Below are positions 1 to 10,069 of a stretch of DNA of 64,000 bases, piece by piece. The DNA lies in contig JAPLVY010000004.1 of assembly GCA_026396875.1 (NCBI GenBank), positions 83,163-147,162 on the forward strand, in the 5' to 3' direction. The stretch's first letter is position 1. Each line of letters opens with the position of its first letter. The notes under the pieces were generated by a model. The model did no database searches and had not been told where the DNA came from. It worked only from the letters and a program-made list of their open reading frames with translations. The position numbers were made by a program, and so were the translations under genes. This stretch comes from Candidatus Falkowbacteria bacterium (GTDB lineage: Bacteria > Patescibacteriota > Patescibacteriia > Patescibacteriales > UBA12465).

Positions 1-1
1 T

Positions 2-1171
2 CTTTCGGCCAAGTTTAATCGATATTCTTTTTTCATCTTTGATTTCGCCGTCTAGAGCGTCTATAGAATTAGCGGTTAGATTGAGTATTATTTGGCTAAA
101 CTTAAGCGGGTCACCAAAAATTTCTAATTCTTCGAGGTGACGAAACTTTATTAATACTTTTGATGTATTTGCACGGTAGGTCAAAAGAGAAAGCACCTCT
201 TTGACCTCTTGGTTTAAGGAAAACTGTTGTCTGCTATCTTCTTTTTTTAACTGTTTTTTCACACCAATAATTAAAATCTCCATTCTTTTGGCGGCGGAGA
301 TAGCTTGCTCAACTTTTTCTGATGTTTCTTGATAACGCGACTCTTTGCTTAGTTGCTCTAAGTTCAGAGATATGGCAGTTAGCGGGTTAATTAGGTCGTG
401 AAAAATTCCTGAAGAAATTCTACCGAATTCGGCGAAGCGGTATAGCTGCCCGATTTTTTCCATTTGCATTTTTTGTAATTCATTTGTTCTTTTCTCCACA
501 GTTATTTCTAAATTATCTCTTTCAAGAGCTAGCGACTTTTCCGATTTTCTAGCTCTACTAAGAGAGTTTTCGATTTCATGGTTTGAAAGCCAGGACATTG
601 TTGCCATTATAGATAGAGTAATAACAATAGGGATAGCGTCGTAAATAGTGGCCATCTCAGAAGCCCAGTAGATGTTCGGTTTAACTATTCCGTGCCCTTG
701 CAAATATCCGAGGGTAGCTAGATAAAAAGAAATACCGGCGGTTGCCGCTAATGAGAAACGGTTATTAATCAAAGTTCCAGAGGCAAGGATTGTAAAAGCA
801 TAAAGCAGGAGGCTTTGTGGTAAATCTATACCCCAGTGATAGGAAAGATATAGGTTTGGGACTAAAAAAATAGAGAGAAATATTAAAGAGGCAGCTTTTA
901 TTTTTCCGAGTCTAGATAAGCAGTGGGCCAAAATAAATACCGCCGTCATTATCAAAAAGACGATTGGTGAAAATCCTCGATCCTTCCCGTCAATCAGATC
1001 GATTACTTCTCTAACGAAAGACAAAAGAAGAATGGCTGCCATTAGCACCTCCGAAGCGATAAGCAAAACGTTTAAGATGAATTCTTTTCGGCGAACATCT
1101 TCATTGGAGTTTTTTGGGGCGATTAGTCCGAGATATATTCTCCTAATAAGTTTTTGGTAATGCTTTTTCAT
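2..1171 (-). CDS. Membrane-bound sensor histidine kinase, runs off the window start (partial)
   Basis: Manual translation from ATG 1171 (MKKHYQKLIRR...) gives several TM helices, H-box EFGRISSGIFHDLINPLTA and N-box GDPLKFSQIILNLTANSIDA. Downstream of the response regulator on the same strand. Confidence 0.9.
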   Translation of the reverse strand, partial: MKKHYQKLIRRIYLGLIAPKNSNEDVRRKEFILNVLLIASEVLMAAILLLSFVREVIDLIDGKDRGFSPIVFLIMTAVFILAHCLSRLGKIKAASLIFLSIFLVPNLYLSYHWGIDLPQSLLLYAFTILASGTLINNRFSLAATAGISFYLATLGYLQGHGIVKPNIYWASEMATIYDAIPIVITLSIMATMSWLSNHEIENSLSRARKSEKSLALERDNLEITVEKRTNELQKMQMEKIGQLYRFAEFGRISSGIFHDLINPLTAISLNLEQLSKESRYQETSEKVEQAISAAKRMEILIIGVKKQLKKEDSRQQFSLNQEVKEVLSLLTYRANTSKVLIKFRHLEELEIFGDPLKFSQIILNLTANSIDALDGEIKDEKRISIKLGRK

Positions 1172-1318
1172 ATTTTTATTTTTACAGCCAGGGTTTTCCT
1201 GATATGAAGGGAGGAGGTGATGCTGGCTAATACGCTTAGGTGGTTATTTTTGAGATTTTTTTCGTTTTTCTTTCCGTTTTTTATTTTTTGTATTTCTATG
1301 GCTTACTCGGAATAATTT

Positions 1319-1993
1319 TTAGACCCTTGGAGCTTCTAGCTTATATCCTCTACCGGGCAAAGTGCTAATTATTTTTTGTTTTTTATCATTCAATTTTTTT
1401 CTTAGTTTTAGAATATGCATTTCAATTGTATTGGAAAATGGATCACCGTTAATATCCCAAACTGCTTCTAGTATTTTAGTTCGTGACAAAACTTTCCCCT
1501 GATTTTTTACCATGAACGCCAATAGGGAGAATTCTTTACTAGTTAAATTCACAGATTTTCCCCTATGGTGTACCGAGAAGTTTTCCGGATCAATAGAAAT
1601 TTGTCCACAGGATAGAGTTTTTGTTTCTTTGATTTTTGGTCTTCTTCCAACGGCATTAATTCTTGCTGAAAGTTCGGCCATAGAAAATGGTTTAGTTAAA
1701 TAATCATCTCCCCCTAGCTCTAGAGCGCTGATTTTATCATCAAGCTCAGAGCGGACAGTTAACATGATAATCGGCGTGCTATTTTTTTCGGCACGGATTT
1801 CCCTGATTACCTCCAGGCCATTAATTTTTGGCAGCATGTAGTCTAAAAGAATAAGATCATACTCATTGGTTCGGGCAAGAAACGAACCTTCTTCGCCATC
1901 ACGAGCACTGTCAACGATGTGATTTTCACTTTTTAAAGCTTGAACGAGAAAGGCATTCATTGCCGCCTCATCTTCGACAACCAAGATTTTCAT
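1319..1993 (-). CDS. OmpR/PhoB-family response regulator
   Basis: Receiver MKILVVED...LLDYMLP...DDYLTKPF and winged-helix C-terminus (LTSKEFSLL...GRGYKL). Confidence 0.95.
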   Translation of the reverse strand: MKILVVEDEAAMNAFLVQALKSENHIVDSARDGEEGSFLARTNEYDLILLDYMLPKINGLEVIREIRAEKNSTPIIMLTVRSELDDKISALELGGDDYLTKPFSMAELSARINAVGRRPKIKETKTLSCGQISIDPENFSVHHRGKSVNLTSKEFSLLAFMVKNQGKVLSRTKILEAVWDINGDPFSNTIEMHILKLRKKLNDKKQKIISTLPGRGYKLEAPRV

Positions 1994-2168
1994 AGGTTTT
2001 TTTGTTTATGATTTTTGTTTTTGAAAACTATATCAGTATTTTATCACAAACTAGATAAATTTTATCTAAACTTGGCTTAAAGCCTGGGTAAAACTTTTTT
2101 AAGTCATTTTTCTTGACTAAAATTATTTGTTTGTTTTCTCCCCCCAAACCTGCTATAATCCAATTAAT

Positions 2169-4286
2169 ATGCGCAAAAAATGGGCATTTTCCAATAAGTC
2201 GCTCACCGAAAAGGAAGAAACCATGGACAACCCCTTTGTCGTTAAAGAGGGGCGTTTTGGCGCCCTCAAGGACTCGTTTTATTATACCGATTGGACTGAA
2301 CACTCCTTCATTGCCGACAACACCAAACGCTCGGAAGCGGTCGGTCTTACCTTTGACTTGAGACGCTTATTTTGGGCACGTCTGGTGCTCATTGTTTTTG
2401 TTGGCATCATTATTTCCCGGGCAATTTTCTTGCAAATTATCAAGGGTGATTATTATTACGGCCTGTCAGAAGGGAATCGTTTGCGTTCAGAAATCATTGA
2501 GGCCAAGAGAGGTATTATTTATGATCGCAACCTCGTCCCCTTGGTCCATAATTCCGCCAACTTCGTGCTCTATGTTATTCCTCACGATTTACCAAAAGAT
2601 GAAGTGACGCGCGACGCCTTATTGAGACAGGTTGTGGACATTTTGCCGAGCCCAACCAGTACTAGTGTTCAGACTAATCTCGCCACCGACCCGAATTTGG
2701 TTCAGGATAATCCCTTATTTTTTCAATTCAAAGAACAGCTCGCTGCCATCAAGCCCAGTTCCTACAAGACCTATGAGCCTTTTGTGCTAGCCGACAACAT
2801 CGACTATGACCGGGCGATGCGCTTATATTTAGAATGCGACGGTGAGCCGGGGATTTTTCTCTCCAACAAAATTCGCCGCAGTTATGAAATTTCCGAAGCC
2901 GACAATAGCGCCTCCTTGTCCCACGTGCTTGGTTATACCGGAAAAATTAGTGAGAAAGAACTGGCAGAAAAGGCCAAGCTATATACGCCGATTGACTACA
3001 TCGGTAAATCGGGGATTGAATATGTTTGGGAAAAAGAATTAAAAGGAATCCCTGGGCGTAAGGATTCGGAAGTTGATGCCCTTGGCCGTGTAAACAAAGT
3101 GGTGAGTGAAACTTTGGCGGTGGATGGTGCCAATCTGGAATTGTCTATTGATAAAGGATTGCAGCAACAAAGCGAAATGGTCTTGCGTCGCTATTTGGAA
3201 AAACTTGGTCTCACTTCTGGTTCTGTGGTTGCGCTTGATCCGCGAAACGGCGAGGTTTTGGCGATGGTTTCTTTGCCAGCCTACGACAACAATCTTTTTG
3301 CCCGTGGTATTACTTCGGATGAATATCAAAAATTTATTAGCGATCCGGCGATGCCGCTTTTTAACCGTTCTATTTCTGGTGAATACCCCTCTGGTTCAAC
3401 TGTTAAAATTGTTGTCTCTACCGCTGCCCTGCAAGAGAAGGTGATTTCTGAAAGCACCACCGTCGTTTCCACTGGCGGCCTGCACGTTGGTCAATGGTTT
3501 TTCCCAGACTGGAAACCGGGTGGTCACGGCGTGGTTGATGTCAGGAAAGCGATTGCCAATTCGGTTAATACTTTTTTCTACTACGTCGGCGGTGGCTATC
3601 AAGGATTTGTGGGGTTAGGGGTTGATCGCTTGGAAAAATATTTCAAACTCTTTGGATTGAATACAAAATCTGGCATCGATTTAACTGGCGAGCGCACCGG
3701 TTTTGTGCCTAGCGCTGCTTGGAAAAAAGAAGTGAAAGGTGAATCTTGGTATATTGGCGACACCTATCACCTGGCTATTGGCCAGGGGGATTTAACCGTC
3801 ACTCCACTTCAGGTAGCAAACTATACTGCTGCCGTGGCCAATGGCGGTACTCTCTATCAGCCGCGAGTTGTGAAAGCGATTTTGGATAGCAACAATCAAT
3901 TAGTTGAAAACGTTTTGCCAAAAATCATTCGTGGCAATTTGGCTGATCCAAATAATTTGCGCATCGTGAGAGAGGGTATGCGTGAAACGGTCACTGCCGG
4001 TTCGGCGCGTAGTTTGCAAACCGTCCCAGTTCCAGTAGCCGGTAAAACTGGTACGGCGCAGTGGAGCAGCAAAAAATATCCGCACGCCTGGTTTGCTGGT
4101 TTTGCCCCTTATGACGATCCACAAATCGCTATTGTGGTTTTAGTTGAGGAAGGTCGCGAAGGAAGTTCGGTCGCAACGCCAATTGCCAAAGAAATTTTAA
4201 CCTGGTATTTTGGTGGGCGGGGAGTGGTCGCACCAGACAAAATTGAAGTTGTTCCGCCAATTGCCACTAGCACCGTGATTGATTAG
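2169..4286 (+). CDS. mrdA: Penicillin-binding protein 2 (class B transpeptidase)
   Basis: TM anchor, RGIIYDRN, SxxK (GSTVK), SxN (NSVN), KTG (GKTGTAQ). Start chosen at ATG 2169, just after TGcTATAAT. Confidence 0.92.
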   Translation: MRKKWAFSNKSLTEKEETMDNPFVVKEGRFGALKDSFYYTDWTEHSFIADNTKRSEAVGLTFDLRRLFWARLVLIVFVGIIISRAIFLQIIKGDYYYGLSEGNRLRSEIIEAKRGIIYDRNLVPLVHNSANFVLYVIPHDLPKDEVTRDALLRQVVDILPSPTSTSVQTNLATDPNLVQDNPLFFQFKEQLAAIKPSSYKTYEPFVLADNIDYDRAMRLYLECDGEPGIFLSNKIRRSYEISEADNSASLSHVLGYTGKISEKELAEKAKLYTPIDYIGKSGIEYVWEKELKGIPGRKDSEVDALGRVNKVVSETLAVDGANLELSIDKGLQQQSEMVLRRYLEKLGLTSGSVVALDPRNGEVLAMVSLPAYDNNLFARGITSDEYQKFISDPAMPLFNRSISGEYPSGSTVKIVVSTAALQEKVISESTTVVSTGGLHVGQWFFPDWKPGGHGVVDVRKAIANSVNTFFYYVGGGYQGFVGLGVDRLEKYFKLFGLNTKSGIDLTGERTGFVPSAAWKKEVKGESWYIGDTYHLAIGQGDLTVTPLQVANYTAAVANGGTLYQPRVVKAILDSNNQLVENVLPKIIRGNLADPNNLRIVREGMRETVTAGSARSLQTVPVPVAGKTGTAQWSSKKYPHAWFAGFAPYDDPQIAIVVLVEEGREGSSVATPIAKEILTWYFGGRGVVAPDKIEVVPPIATSTVID

Positions 4287-4314
4287 TAAATAAAAATATT
4301 AAAACACCAATTCT

Positions 4315-4827
4315 ATGCCCCTTTGGCTACATCTCTTAACCCATTTTTTATTGGCAGTTCTGGTCGCTTGGATTTTTTATCGTGCCTCAAAACTGCGCTG
4401 GATTTCTTTTACCGCCGCCATCATGGGTGGGTTTTTTATCGATGTCGATCATATTATTGAATATCTTATTGTTTTTCATCGCTTTACTCTTCAAGGATTT
4501 TTTTATGGTTGGCAATTCTTGTGGAGTGGTAAAAGTTATTTAATCTTTCATGCCTGGGAGTACTTGCCGATTTTACTCTTGCTTGCTTATTTTTTGCGTC
4601 ACTATCGCAAGGTAGCAATTTTTATAGCCATTCTGGCTGGCGCGGGAGCGGTTCACTTGGTGACCGATTGTTTTATTAATCAATATCCCGCAGAGTTCTA
4701 TTCTATTAATTATCGCTTGGCTCACAATTTTTCTGCCGAAGAGTTGGTTCCGCCCAAGAATTTAATTTTGGGGAGGGAGGAATATCAGAAATGGTACCCA
4801 GAAATGAAGCTGGAATCAGAGCGTTAA
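4315..4827 (+). CDS. Membrane protein, possibly of the metal-dependent hydrolase type (D-x-DH...FH...H motifs)
   Basis: Hydrophobic helices with THF, IDVDH, FHAWE and HLVTD motifs. Confidence 0.55.
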   Translation: MPLWLHLLTHFLLAVLVAWIFYRASKLRWISFTAAIMGGFFIDVDHIIEYLIVFHRFTLQGFFYGWQFLWSGKSYLIFHAWEYLPILLLLAYFLRHYRKVAIFIAILAGAGAVHLVTDCFINQYPAEFYSINYRLAHNFSAEELVPPKNLILGREEYQKWYPEMKLESER

Positions 4828-4924
4828 AACTACTAATAACTTCTCACGCTAGTGAGTTAACCCGGCTTATTTCTCGGAAATGGCCGGGTTTTTGATTTTT
4901 AAAAATTAGCCAAAAAACCACCTT

Positions 4925-4951
4925 TTAGCACTCTCTTGACTAGAGTGCTAA
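4925..4951 (+). promoter_or_regulatory. CIRCE operator (HrcA site)
   Basis: Perfect TTAGCACTC-N9-GAGTGCTAA immediately upstream of hrcA. Confidence 0.97.
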
Positions 4952-4964
4952 TTTGCTATATAAT
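4936..4964 (+). promoter_or_regulatory. Sigma70 promoter of the heat-shock operon
   Basis: TTGACT (4936-4941, inside the CIRCE spacer), 17 bp, TATAAT (4959-4964). Confidence 0.85.
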
Positions 4965-4984
4965 ACCAAAGCAAAGATAAAAAT

Positions 4985-5677
4985 ATGATTCTTGATCGCA
5001 AAAAATTAATTCTCCAAACCATCATCAGAGAGCATATTCAGACCGCTCAGCCGGTTTCCTCTGGCGCTTTGGTGGATAAGTACAAGCTTGGTGTTTCCAC
5101 GGCCACAGTCAGGAATGACATGATGGAACTGGAGGAAGAAGGCTATATTTTTCAGCCTCACACCTCCGCTGGTCGTATCCCAACGCCGCGTGCTTATGAA
5201 GAGGAAGCAAAATTGCTTAGCTCCGAAGAGAAGCGCAAGCCCTTGAAAGATTCCGAGCGGAGCATTCTTTCGGCAGCTTTTAAAAATGAGGAAGCAGCCT
5301 TTAAACAAGTTGCCAAATTAATTTCCGAGTTTTCTGGCAGTGCAATTTTCTGGGCCTTTCACAAAAATAATTTCTTTCACACCGGTCTCGCTAATCTTTT
5401 TTCTCAGCCGGAGTTTCGCCAAGTAGAGGCTGTCTGTGATGTTTCTGGCGTGATTGATAAAATGGAAGAAATCATTAGTGGTTTATTTGAAGAATTGCCG
5501 CAGGGGACAAGGATTCTGGTCGGCGAGAGCAACCCTTTTGGAAATTTCTTGAGTGTTACTTTGCTCAAATATAATAATTCTGGACAGACTGGAGTATTCG
5601 GTATTTTGAGTCCAATCCGGGCCGATTATGGCCACAATCTTTCACTAGTAGAATTCTTGCAAGAACAATTTAATTAA
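4985..5677 (+). CDS. hrcA: Heat-inducible transcription repressor HrcA (short form)
   Basis: PVSSGAL...STATVRNDMMELEEEGYIFQPHTSAGRIPT; CIRCE upstream. Confidence 0.93.
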   Translation: MILDRKKLILQTIIREHIQTAQPVSSGALVDKYKLGVSTATVRNDMMELEEEGYIFQPHTSAGRIPTPRAYEEEAKLLSSEEKRKPLKDSERSILSAAFKNEEAAFKQVAKLISEFSGSAIFWAFHKNNFFHTGLANLFSQPEFRQVEAVCDVSGVIDKMEEIISGLFEELPQGTRILVGESNPFGNFLSVTLLKYNNSGQTGVFGILSPIRADYGHNLSLVEFLQEQFN

Positions 5678-5682
5678 AATTT

Positions 5683-6477
5683 ATGGAAAGCAAAAAAGAA
5701 AATCAAATTTTAGTTGCCGCCCACGGCTTCATCATCAACTCTCAGAATGAAATATTACTTCTCAAGGAAAAGGATGGCGATTTGCTTCTGGGGCTCACAG
5801 GACTAATTAGTTTGGGCCATGACCCTTTAGAGGTAATTAAGCGCAAGGCGCTCAAGGAGCTGAATTTAAAAGTAAATAATTTTGCCATTTTTGATTCCGG
5901 GTTAGTTGACGGCTTATTGGTTTTAAGATTTATCGCCACCGATTTTTCCGGAGAAGTAAAACTCGAAGGAAAGTACGCAGAGTCCTCTTGGCATAGCTTT
6001 TCTGCCGCTAGAGAACTAAAAAATATTTGTCCGCATGTCAAAAAAGCGCTAGCTAAAATGGAATTAGAGCTTGAAAAATCAGCTTCTGAGCAGAAATACT
6101 TGAGAGCCTTGGCGGATTATCAGAACCTGCTTCGTCAGCACGCTTCCGATAAGAGTGACTTTGTAAAATTCGCTCTTTCTAGTTTCTTGGAAGAAATTTT
6201 ACCAGTTTATGATCACTTAAAAATGTCTGTTGCCAGTCTGCCGGAGGAAGAGAAAAATAATTCCTGGGTTATGGGCGTAACTTATGTCTTGAAACAATTC
6301 AAGGAAACTCTCGAAAGTCATGGTATCGAAGAAATCAAAACTGTCGGTGAAAACTTTGATCATCACACCATGGAAGCTCTCGAGGGACAAGGAGAAAAGG
6401 TGACCAAGGAAATCATGGCTGGCTACAAATTAAACAGTAAACTAATCCGCGCCGCCAAAGTGGTGGTGGGGGAATAA
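5683..6477 (+). CDS. grpE: GrpE nucleotide exchange factor with an N-terminal NUDIX-like domain
   Basis: C-half YLRALADYQN...FDHHTMEA...GYKLNSKLIRAAKVVV. The N-half resembles a NUDIX fold with a degenerate box. Confidence 0.88.
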   Translation: MESKKENQILVAAHGFIINSQNEILLLKEKDGDLLLGLTGLISLGHDPLEVIKRKALKELNLKVNNFAIFDSGLVDGLLVLRFIATDFSGEVKLEGKYAESSWHSFSAARELKNICPHVKKALAKMELELEKSASEQKYLRALADYQNLLRQHASDKSDFVKFALSSFLEEILPVYDHLKMSVASLPEEEKNNSWVMGVTYVLKQFKETLESHGIEEIKTVGENFDHHTMEALEGQGEKVTKEIMAGYKLNSKLIRAAKVVVGE

Positions 6478-6552
6478 ATAATAAATTTTTTTCTGTTTAT
6501 TATTCTGAAAGCCCGTGCAGGCAGAACTTAAGCAGAAAATATTAAAAAACAT

Positions 6553-6975
6553 ATGTCACTTATCAAATGGACCCCATTCTTCTCTGATGATGAAATGGAT
6601 AAAGCCTTCGGCGATTTTCTGCCAGCAGTGCGTGGTGACCAATTTGGTTTTACTCCTGCTGTCGACATGTATGAAGATAAAGATAATATTATCGTCGAGA
6701 CTCAATTAGCTGGTATCGATCCAGAAAAGGTTGATATCTCTGTGGAAAATAATGTTTTGTGCTTGAAAGGTGAAAGCGAAAAGAAGAGTGAAGTCGATGA
6801 TAAAAATTATTACCGCAAAGAAATCCGTCGCGGTTCTTTCTATCGCAGCATTGCCTTGCCGGCAAAAGTAGACAGCGATAAGGCGGTCGCAACGAATGAA
6901 GGCGGAATGCTGAAAATCGTTATCCCCAAAGCGGCAGAGATAAAAGCAAAGAAAATTGAAATTCAGAAAAAATAA
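6553..6975 (+). CDS. Hsp20/alpha-crystallin small heat-shock protein
   Basis: PAVDMYEDKD...GSFYRSIALP...GMLKIVIPK. Confidence 0.93.
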   Translation: MSLIKWTPFFSDDEMDKAFGDFLPAVRGDQFGFTPAVDMYEDKDNIIVETQLAGIDPEKVDISVENNVLCLKGESEKKSEVDDKNYYRKEIRRGSFYRSIALPAKVDSDKAVATNEGGMLKIVIPKAAEIKAKKIEIQKK

Positions 6976-6986
6976 TTATAAATTAT

Positions 6987-7334
6987 ATGGCTAAGAAAAA
7001 TGCCGCAAATAGTTTTAAGGACTATTGTCGGTTGGCCCTGGAGACACGTAAGCACTACACCAAATTGGAGCAGAAAAATTGCGGTCGCAATTGGACCAAA
7101 GAAGAGATCGCTCAAGGATTTGTGGTTGATGTTGGTGATTTAATGAAAGAGGTGATGAAACAAGCTGGCTTACGTGGTGAAAAAAATCGGGCGACACTTA
7201 GTCATGAATTATGCGATTGTCTGTGGAGTATTTTTGTTCTAGCGGACAAATATAAAATAGATCTAGCAGAAGAATTTCCAAAAAACATGGAAATCTTGCA
7301 AGCCAAAGTTAAAGATAAATTAAAACAAAAATAA
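6987..7334 (+). CDS. MazG-like nucleotide pyrophosphohydrolase
   Basis: DVGDL...HELCDCLWSIFVLADKYKIDL all-alpha NTP-PPase pattern. Confidence 0.75.
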   Translation: MAKKNAANSFKDYCRLALETRKHYTKLEQKNCGRNWTKEEIAQGFVVDVGDLMKEVMKQAGLRGEKNRATLSHELCDCLWSIFVLADKYKIDLAEEFPKNMEILQAKVKDKLKQK

Positions 7335-7356
7335 TTAAATTTTTAAATATAAAACT

Positions 7357-9243
7357 ATGGGAAAGATTTTAGGAATTGATTTGGGTACCACCAACTCCGC
7401 CATGGCGATCATGGAGGGCGGGGCACCAAAAATCATTGAAAACATTGAAGGTAATCGCACCACCCCTAGCACCGAAGCAGTTTCTAAAAACGGTGAACGT
7501 CTAGTGGGCGCGGCTGCCAAAAGACAAGCAGTTATTAATCCGGAGAATACCGTTTATGCCGTTAAACGTCTGATCGGTCGTCACTTCAAAGACGAAGAAG
7601 TGCAGCGCGATTTAAACACCATGCCTTATAAAATTGTTCAGGCCGGTGAAGGCGTTAAGGTGAAAATGGGAGACAAAGATTATGCTCCGCAAGAAATTTC
7701 GGCAATGGTTTTATCCAAACTGAAAGCCGATGCTGAAGCAAAAATTGGTGAAAAAATTACTCAGGCTATTATCACGGTGCCGGCTTATTTTGATGATGCT
7801 CAACGTCAGGCCACCAAAGACGCTGGCGTAATCGCTGGCTTGGAGGTAATGCGCATTATTAACGAACCGACTGCTGCTGCGCTTGCTTACGGTTTCGATA
7901 AAAAACAAGGGCAGAAGATTGTTGTCTACGATTTAGGCGGCGGTACTTTTGATGTTTCGGTTTTGGATATTTCCGCCGATACAGTTGAGGTAAAGTCCAC
8001 CAACGGCGACACCCATCTCGGTGGCGAAGACTTTGATAAAAGAATTATCGATTGGATTATTGCTGAATTCAAAAAAGATCAGGGCATTGATTTATCCAAA
8101 GATACTCTTGCTCTTCAGCGCATTAAGGAGGCAGCAGAAAAGGCAAAAATTGAACTTTCCACTGCTATGGAAACCGAAATTAATCAGCCGTTTATTTCTA
8201 CTGATGCCAATGGTCCAAAACACTTGGTCATGAAAATGACCCGTGCTCAATTGGAAAATTTGGTCGGTGATTTGGTGGAAAAAACTATTGAACCATGCAA
8301 AAAAGCTTTGTCCGATTCCGGTTTTAACTTGAATGAAATTAATGAAGTGATCATGGTCGGCGGCATGACTCGCATGCCTTTGGTTCTTCAGAAAGTCAAA
8401 GAGTTCTTTGGCAAGGAGCCAAATCTCAGCGTTAATCCAGACGAAGTTGTAGCTCTTGGTGCCGCAGTTCAAGCTGGTGTTTTGCAGGGCGACGTAAAAG
8501 ACGTTTTACTTCTAGATGTCACTCCGCTTACTCTCGGTATTGAAACCTTGGGCGGTGTTGCTACTCCGCTCATCGAAAGAAACACCACTATTCCAACTGC
8601 CAAATCTCAGGTATTTTCTACGGCAGCTGACGGTCAGACCAGTGTGGAAATCCACATTGTTCAGGGCGAGAGACCAATGGCTTCTGACAATAAAACTCTT
8701 GGAAAATTCATGTTGGATGGTATTCCGAATGCTCCTCGTGGCGTTCCTCAGGTCGAAGTAAATTTTGATCTTGATGCCAACGGAATTTTGAATGTCAGCG
8801 CGACTGATAAAGCAACTGGTAAACAGCAAAAAATCACCATCACTGCTTCTTCTGGGCTTTCCAAGGAAGAAGTAGAAAAGATGAAGAAGGAGGCAGAAAT
8901 GCACGCCGAAGAAGATAATAAAAAGAAGGAACAGGTAGAAATCAAGAACCAGGCCGATGCCGTTGTTTTCACTACTGAAAAAATGATCAAAGAATCTGGT
9001 GACAAGATGAAAGTCGAAGATAAGACCGCTTTGGAAGAGAAGGTTGAAGAATTGAAAAAATTAAAAGACTCCACGGACATCGAGGCGATTAAGAAAAAAA
9101 TGGAAGAGTTGAATGAAGTTGCTCAAAAAATCGGAGCAGCGATGTATCAACAGCCGGGAGCAGAAGCGCCAACTGGCGCCGAGGCACCAGCCGAAGAAAA
9201 GAAAGATGAAAATGTGGTTGAGGGTGAAGTAGAAAGTAAGTAA
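7357..9243 (+). CDS. dnaK: Chaperone DnaK
   Basis: [19 protein letters not shown] and [11 protein letters not shown] motifs. Confidence 0.99.
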   Translation: MGKILGIDLGTTNSAMAIMEGGAPKIIENIEGNRTTPSTEAVSKNGERLVGAAAKRQAVINPENTVYAVKRLIGRHFKDEEVQRDLNTMPYKIVQAGEGVKVKMGDKDYAPQEISAMVLSKLKADAEAKIGEKITQAIITVPAYFDDAQRQATKDAGVIAGLEVMRIINEPTAAALAYGFDKKQGQKIVVYDLGGGTFDVSVLDISADTVEVKSTNGDTHLGGEDFDKRIIDWIIAEFKKDQGIDLSKDTLALQRIKEAAEKAKIELSTAMETEINQPFISTDANGPKHLVMKMTRAQLENLVGDLVEKTIEPCKKALSDSGFNLNEINEVIMVGGMTRMPLVLQKVKEFFGKEPNLSVNPDEVVALGAAVQAGVLQGDVKDVLLLDVTPLTLGIETLGGVATPLIERNTTIPTAKSQVFSTAADGQTSVEIHIVQGERPMASDNKTLGKFMLDGIPNAPRGVPQVEVNFDLDANGILNVSATDKATGKQQKITITASSGLSKEEVEKMKKEAEMHAEEDNKKKEQVEIKNQADAVVFTTEKMIKESGDKMKVEDKTALEEKVEELKKLKDSTDIEAIKKKMEELNEVAQKIGAAMYQQPGAEAPTGAEAPAEEKKDENVVEGEVESK

Positions 9244-9304
9244 TTATTGATTGCGCCTGGCCGCCTCTTTAAATTTAGGGGCGGCTTGCAGAATTAATAA
9301 AAAA

Positions 9305-10066
9305 ATGGAAAAGATATTTATTGAAAATAAACTTGGTGAAAAAATCGCTATCTTAATTGATAAAGCAGTAAAGCCGGCCGGTTTAGCTTTTATTGCTCAT
9401 GGACTTGGCGATAACAAAGACTCTCTGCACATTCAAAAAATTGCTGAGATTTTTTTGAATAATAATTATAGTGTCGTGCGTTTCGATACTCGCAATACTT
9501 TCGGCGAGAGCGCTGGAAAATTTGAAGATGCCACGGTGACTAACTATCTCGAAGATTTAGAAGAAGTAATTAACTGGTCCAAGAAGCAGGACTTTTTTAT
9601 TTCCCCCTTCATTCTCTGTGGTCACAGTATTGGCTCAATGACCGCGGCGGTTTATGCCGAAAAACATCCACAGGAGGTCAAAGCTCTTGCTCCTTTTTCC
9701 GCAGTGGTGAATGCTGAACTCAGTAAAGAACAATACAGTCCAGAAGAATTAAAAAACTGGCAGGACAGCGGTTGGTTGGTTGAAGATTGGGACGGGCGTG
9801 AAATTCGTCTCAAGTACGCCTACTGGCAAAGCAAAATGAAATACGATCTTCTACCTGCAGTCGATAAATTGACGATGCCAGTTCTGCTTGTGGTGGGAGA
9901 AAATGATCACTGCACTCTCCCGCGCCATCAGAAAATACTATTCGACCGCTTGTCAGGAGAGAAAGAGTTTCATATTATCAAAGATGCACCGCACACTTTC
10001 CGCAGCGAAAAAAACTTACAAGAACTGCAAATAATTTTGGATAACTGGCTTAAAACTTTAAACTAA
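9305..10066 (+). CDS. Alpha/beta hydrolase
   Basis: HGLG oxyanion region, GHSIG nucleophile elbow, GEND and PHTF triad residues. Confidence 0.9.
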   Translation: MEKIFIENKLGEKIAILIDKAVKPAGLAFIAHGLGDNKDSLHIQKIAEIFLNNNYSVVRFDTRNTFGESAGKFEDATVTNYLEDLEEVINWSKKQDFFISPFILCGHSIGSMTAAVYAEKHPQEVKALAPFSAVVNAELSKEQYSPEELKNWQDSGWLVEDWDGREIRLKYAYWQSKMKYDLLPAVDKLTMPVLLVVGENDHCTLPRHQKILFDRLSGEKEFHIIKDAPHTFRSEKNLQELQIILDNWLKTLN

Positions 10067-10069
10067 CTT

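Noticed and set aside
6486..6540. Imperfect hairpin upstream of hsp20 as an RNA thermometer
   Set aside because: No SD is sequestered and no ROSE or fourU signature is recognisable.
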